A DNA stretch of 63,478 bases, filler included, from an uncultured bacterium (GTDB lineage Bacteria; CAZDME01; JAYEMH01): assembly GCA_964506785.1 (NCBI GenBank). It is 17 parts of 17 records of this genome, joined end to end, with 100 filler letters (N's around TTAATTAATTAA, not from the genome) between each part and the next. Parts side by side here need not be neighbours in the genome. Positions count along the whole stretch, not along the records: positions 60,813 to 63,478 come from CAZDME010000096.1; 16 more parts are not named here. One strand, 5' to 3'. Below, in pieces: positions 60,890 to 63,478 of this stretch. The notes under the pieces were generated by a model. That model was not told the origin of the DNA. It was given only the letters and a program-made list of their open reading frames with translations, and did no database searches. Numbering within the stretch: position 1 is the first letter of the stretch; each line of letters begins with the position of its first letter. The translations under genes were made by a program, and so were the position numbers.

Positions 60890-61060
60890 TCTGAAATTGT
60901 ATTAAAGAACAAAAATTCGATAGATAAAAAAATTAACATCCAAGACGGGATAGATACTGAATTAGTAAAAGAGGCAGAGAAAAAACTAAGTGGAATCAAA
61001 TACGATTCCTCCACGGTAGAAATTACAAAACCTGATAAAAAAAGGAGTTTTTCCTGGTAA
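60890..61060 (+). other. C-terminal fragment resembling the NitT/TauT binding-protein tail
   Basis: INIQDGIDTELVKEAEKKLSGIKYDSSTVEITK aligns by eye with FDISKAINPTLKKEAAKKIDDSLYVPSDIIVVTK of 49509-50549. Confidence 0.4.
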
Positions 61061-61079
61061 ATATGAAGAGGGACCAGAT

Positions 61080-62549
61080 ATGAATAAAAATGATTTTTAT
61101 CCGGATAATACCAATACGTACAAACGCCTTCTAAAGATTTCGCAAAATCTCCAGCCAAAAATTAAACATAATTTAAAAATTGGAATTATTGTGCCGCCTT
61201 CAATTTTTGTTGTTCCTACGGGGTGGGAATTTGTCCATACCGCCCCTTTTGAAGGCCCATCGGTAATTGCCAGTTTGTTAAAAGGTATTGGTCTCGATGT
61301 GGTTATACTGGATGAACGGTCTAATTTTAATCCTTACGCTCTAAAGGGAGGTTCATTAAAAGGTCTTGATTTCATTGGGGTGGCCACTTATTCTGACAGT
61401 TTCCCTTATATCAAAAAAACCATCGAAATTGCTAAGGAAGAAGAGCCGAAAAGGCCGGTTATTCTCGGGGGGCCTCTGGTAAGTTCTGTTCCTGAATTAA
61501 TAATGAAAAATACGCTGGCTGATTATGCCGTAATCGGCGAAGGGGAACTTACCTTGATAGAATTGATGGATTTTTTTTTGAAAGAGAAACAGGCCCTGCC
61601 GATAGACAAGATAAAAGGGCTTAGTTGGAAAAATGAGCAGGGAAAGGTGATTATCAATTCCAGAAGAGCGCAGATGTATAATCTTGATGCCGTTCCTTTA
61701 CAGGATTTATCCCTATGGCCGACTGTACAGAAGGAAGGTACGGCTCCTGAGATATATATGACCTTTAGCCGGGGCTGCTCGGGAAATTGCAGTTTCTGTT
61801 TTAGAGCAATGCCTCTTTTGCGTTATAAATCACCCCAGAGGGTCCATCGCGAACTCAAACAGCTAAAAAAATATAAATATCGTTTTGCCTGGTGGAGCGA
61901 TCTTACCTTCGTTGAGTCTAAACAACGAGTTCATAAATTTATGGATGAAGCTTTCAGCGGTATTGATTTTCGCTGGAGTTGTTTTACCCGGGTTGACGGC
62001 TTGGATTTATCGGTTCTTAGTCATATGAGGGATAAAGGCTGCGATATTGTTATGTACGGTTTCGAATCCATTACTAAGGAAATTCTCGATTACTTTAAGA
62101 AGGGGGTTACAGAACACCAAATTATAGAGGCGATAGAACTTACTCGTCGGGCAGGCTTGAAAGTAGGGGGGCTTTTTATTATCGGCGGCCCCGGAGAGAC
62201 AAAGGAAAGTTTGAAAAGGGTAATGGGTTTTTGTAAAAGATTTAAGGAGGTCACCAGGGTAAAATATCTTTCGGCCCTGCCGGGCACGGCTCTTTATTAT
62301 GATGCTCTTAAAAAGGGTATTATCAAAGATGAACTGGAGCATTTATATTTTTTAGCCAGGGAACATTCGGTAAAAGAGGATGAATTCTTGCAGTTCACCG
62401 ATATCCCCGAAGAAACGCTCAGAGAGGCTTATGATAAGATTAATCAGCAGATAGAACTGCGGCCGTACGAATACTGGAACCCCTCTAATCGTTATCTTGA
62501 AGAGGGCCAAAAGTTTAAAGGAAGGCCGAACGTTATTCTGGCGACATAA
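61080..62549 (+). CDS. B12-binding radical SAM protein
   Basis: VILGGP, VIGEGE, SRGCSGNCSFC (CxxxCxxC), YGFES, IGGPGET. Confidence 0.93.
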   Translation: MNKNDFYPDNTNTYKRLLKISQNLQPKIKHNLKIGIIVPPSIFVVPTGWEFVHTAPFEGPSVIASLLKGIGLDVVILDERSNFNPYALKGGSLKGLDFIGVATYSDSFPYIKKTIEIAKEEEPKRPVILGGPLVSSVPELIMKNTLADYAVIGEGELTLIELMDFFLKEKQALPIDKIKGLSWKNEQGKVIINSRRAQMYNLDAVPLQDLSLWPTVQKEGTAPEIYMTFSRGCSGNCSFCFRAMPLLRYKSPQRVHRELKQLKKYKYRFAWWSDLTFVESKQRVHKFMDEAFSGIDFRWSCFTRVDGLDLSVLSHMRDKGCDIVMYGFESITKEILDYFKKGVTEHQIIEAIELTRRAGLKVGGLFIIGGPGETKESLKRVMGFCKRFKEVTRVKYLSALPGTALYYDALKKGIIKDELEHLYFLAREHSVKEDEFLQFTDIPEETLREAYDKINQQIELRPYEYWNPSNRYLEEGQKFKGRPNVILAT

Positions 62550-62572
62550 ATTGAAAAATCAGATAATAAAGA

Positions 62573-63478
62573 ATGAAGAGCGCAATTTCGGAATTTTTAA
62601 AGGGTAATTATTCATATTCTGATGGGCAAGATCCCCAGGAAGAAATTTTAAGAGAGCTTTCATATGCGAAAAGCGTTAATCCCAGGCCTCAAAAGGTAAC
62701 GCTTATAATCCCTTCATCCCCTCAAATTCCAACCCCCGGCAGAGAATTCTTATTAACCGGCCCTTTTGAAGGATTTACCTATATCGCCACATTAATTAAA
62801 AAAATGGGCTATCGATTGCAGGTTATTGACTGCCGTTTGAAAGAAAATATAAAGGAGTTTATTATTGAGGAAATTTATGACGCCTCCATTATAGGTATAG
62901 CCGCATATATGGACTCTTTCATTTTCCTCCAGGAAATAACAGCTTTGATAAAAGAAAAGTATCCTGAAAAGTTAATTTTTTTGGGCGGCTCGTTAATTTC
63001 ATCCCTGCCGGAACTCATACTTTCTCAGACTGACGCTGATTGTGCGCTTTTAGGTGAGGCGGAGCTTACTCTGGTAGAATTTTTGCATAAATATTTTCAA
63101 GAAAAATTTTTCGATTATAAAAACGTAAAAGGGATGGCCTATAAAAAAAATGGAGCGGTTATAATAAATCCGGCCAGACCGCAGATTAAGAATCTTGACA
63201 ATCTCCCTTTGCTTGATTATACCATTTGGCCTAATTTTCAGAGCATAATTGATAATGGGCAAACATTAATTTCTTCAACGAGAGGGTGTCCTATGGAATG
63301 TTCTTTCTGTTTCAAGACGATTCCTGCTCTTCGGATGAAAAGCCTCGAACGTTTTGAAGAGGAAGTAGCCGTTCTTAAAGAAAAAACTAAATTTGATTAT
63401 ACCTGGTTGAACGATCTCACCTTTAATATCGATGAAACAAGGGCTATGCGTGTCGCTGAAATAATGAAGAAATACGAT
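62573..63478 (+). CDS. B12-binding radical SAM protein (3' partial, absent from ORF track)
   Basis: Manual translation MKSAISEF...TGPFEG...LGEAE...STRGCPMECSFCFK; open to window end. Confidence 0.9.
   Translation, partial: MKSAISEFLKGNYSYSDGQDPQEEILRELSYAKSVNPRPQKVTLIIPSSPQIPTPGREFLLTGPFEGFTYIATLIKKMGYRLQVIDCRLKENIKEFIIEEIYDASIIGIAAYMDSFIFLQEITALIKEKYPEKLIFLGGSLISSLPELILSQTDADCALLGEAELTLVEFLHKYFQEKFFDYKNVKGMAYKKNGAVIINPARPQIKNLDNLPLLDYTIWPNFQSIIDNGQTLISSTRGCPMECSFCFKTIPALRMKSLERFEEEVAVLKEKTKFDYTWLNDLTFNIDETRAMRVAEIMKKYD

Overview
This window is not one locus. It is 17 short contigs (about 2.7-4.6 kb, in decreasing size order) joined by artificial 100-nt linkers (N44-TTAATTAATTAA-N44), so adjacency across linkers is meaningless and ORFs ending in X...LIN are artefacts. 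The content fits an AT-rich diderm bacterium from a metagenome- or single-cell-assembled genome (BamD/LptE/TolC/Wza present, divergent 16S); taxonomy cannot be fixed without a search. Most contigs carry housekeeping genes (holA, rpsT, murJ, uvrC, leuDB-asd-truA-16S, purQL-hisHF, rplU-rpmA-obgE-proB, mdh, msrAB), polysaccharide/LPS genes, efflux and ABC transport genes, an ECF sigma operon and B12 radical SAM genes. Most notable: (1) contig 31456-34965 is a cassette-like array in which four direct copies of a structured ~80-bp repeat, plus a 61-bp identical block with a dif-like motif, separate unrelated cargo (ORF6N protein, RelE-like TA pair, putative nucleotidyltransferase TA pair) without canonical attC sites; (2) a tiny CCCCGTTAGAAA-ended element with 4-bp target duplications that has rewritten gene ends and the hisF start; (3) a c-di-GMP-I riboswitch with an overlapping terminator ahead of a TPR-TolC/RND operon; (4) a hairpin-rich ~370-nt region followed by an orphan recombinase-like C-terminal tail; (5) a 16S gene with an apparently very short leader.
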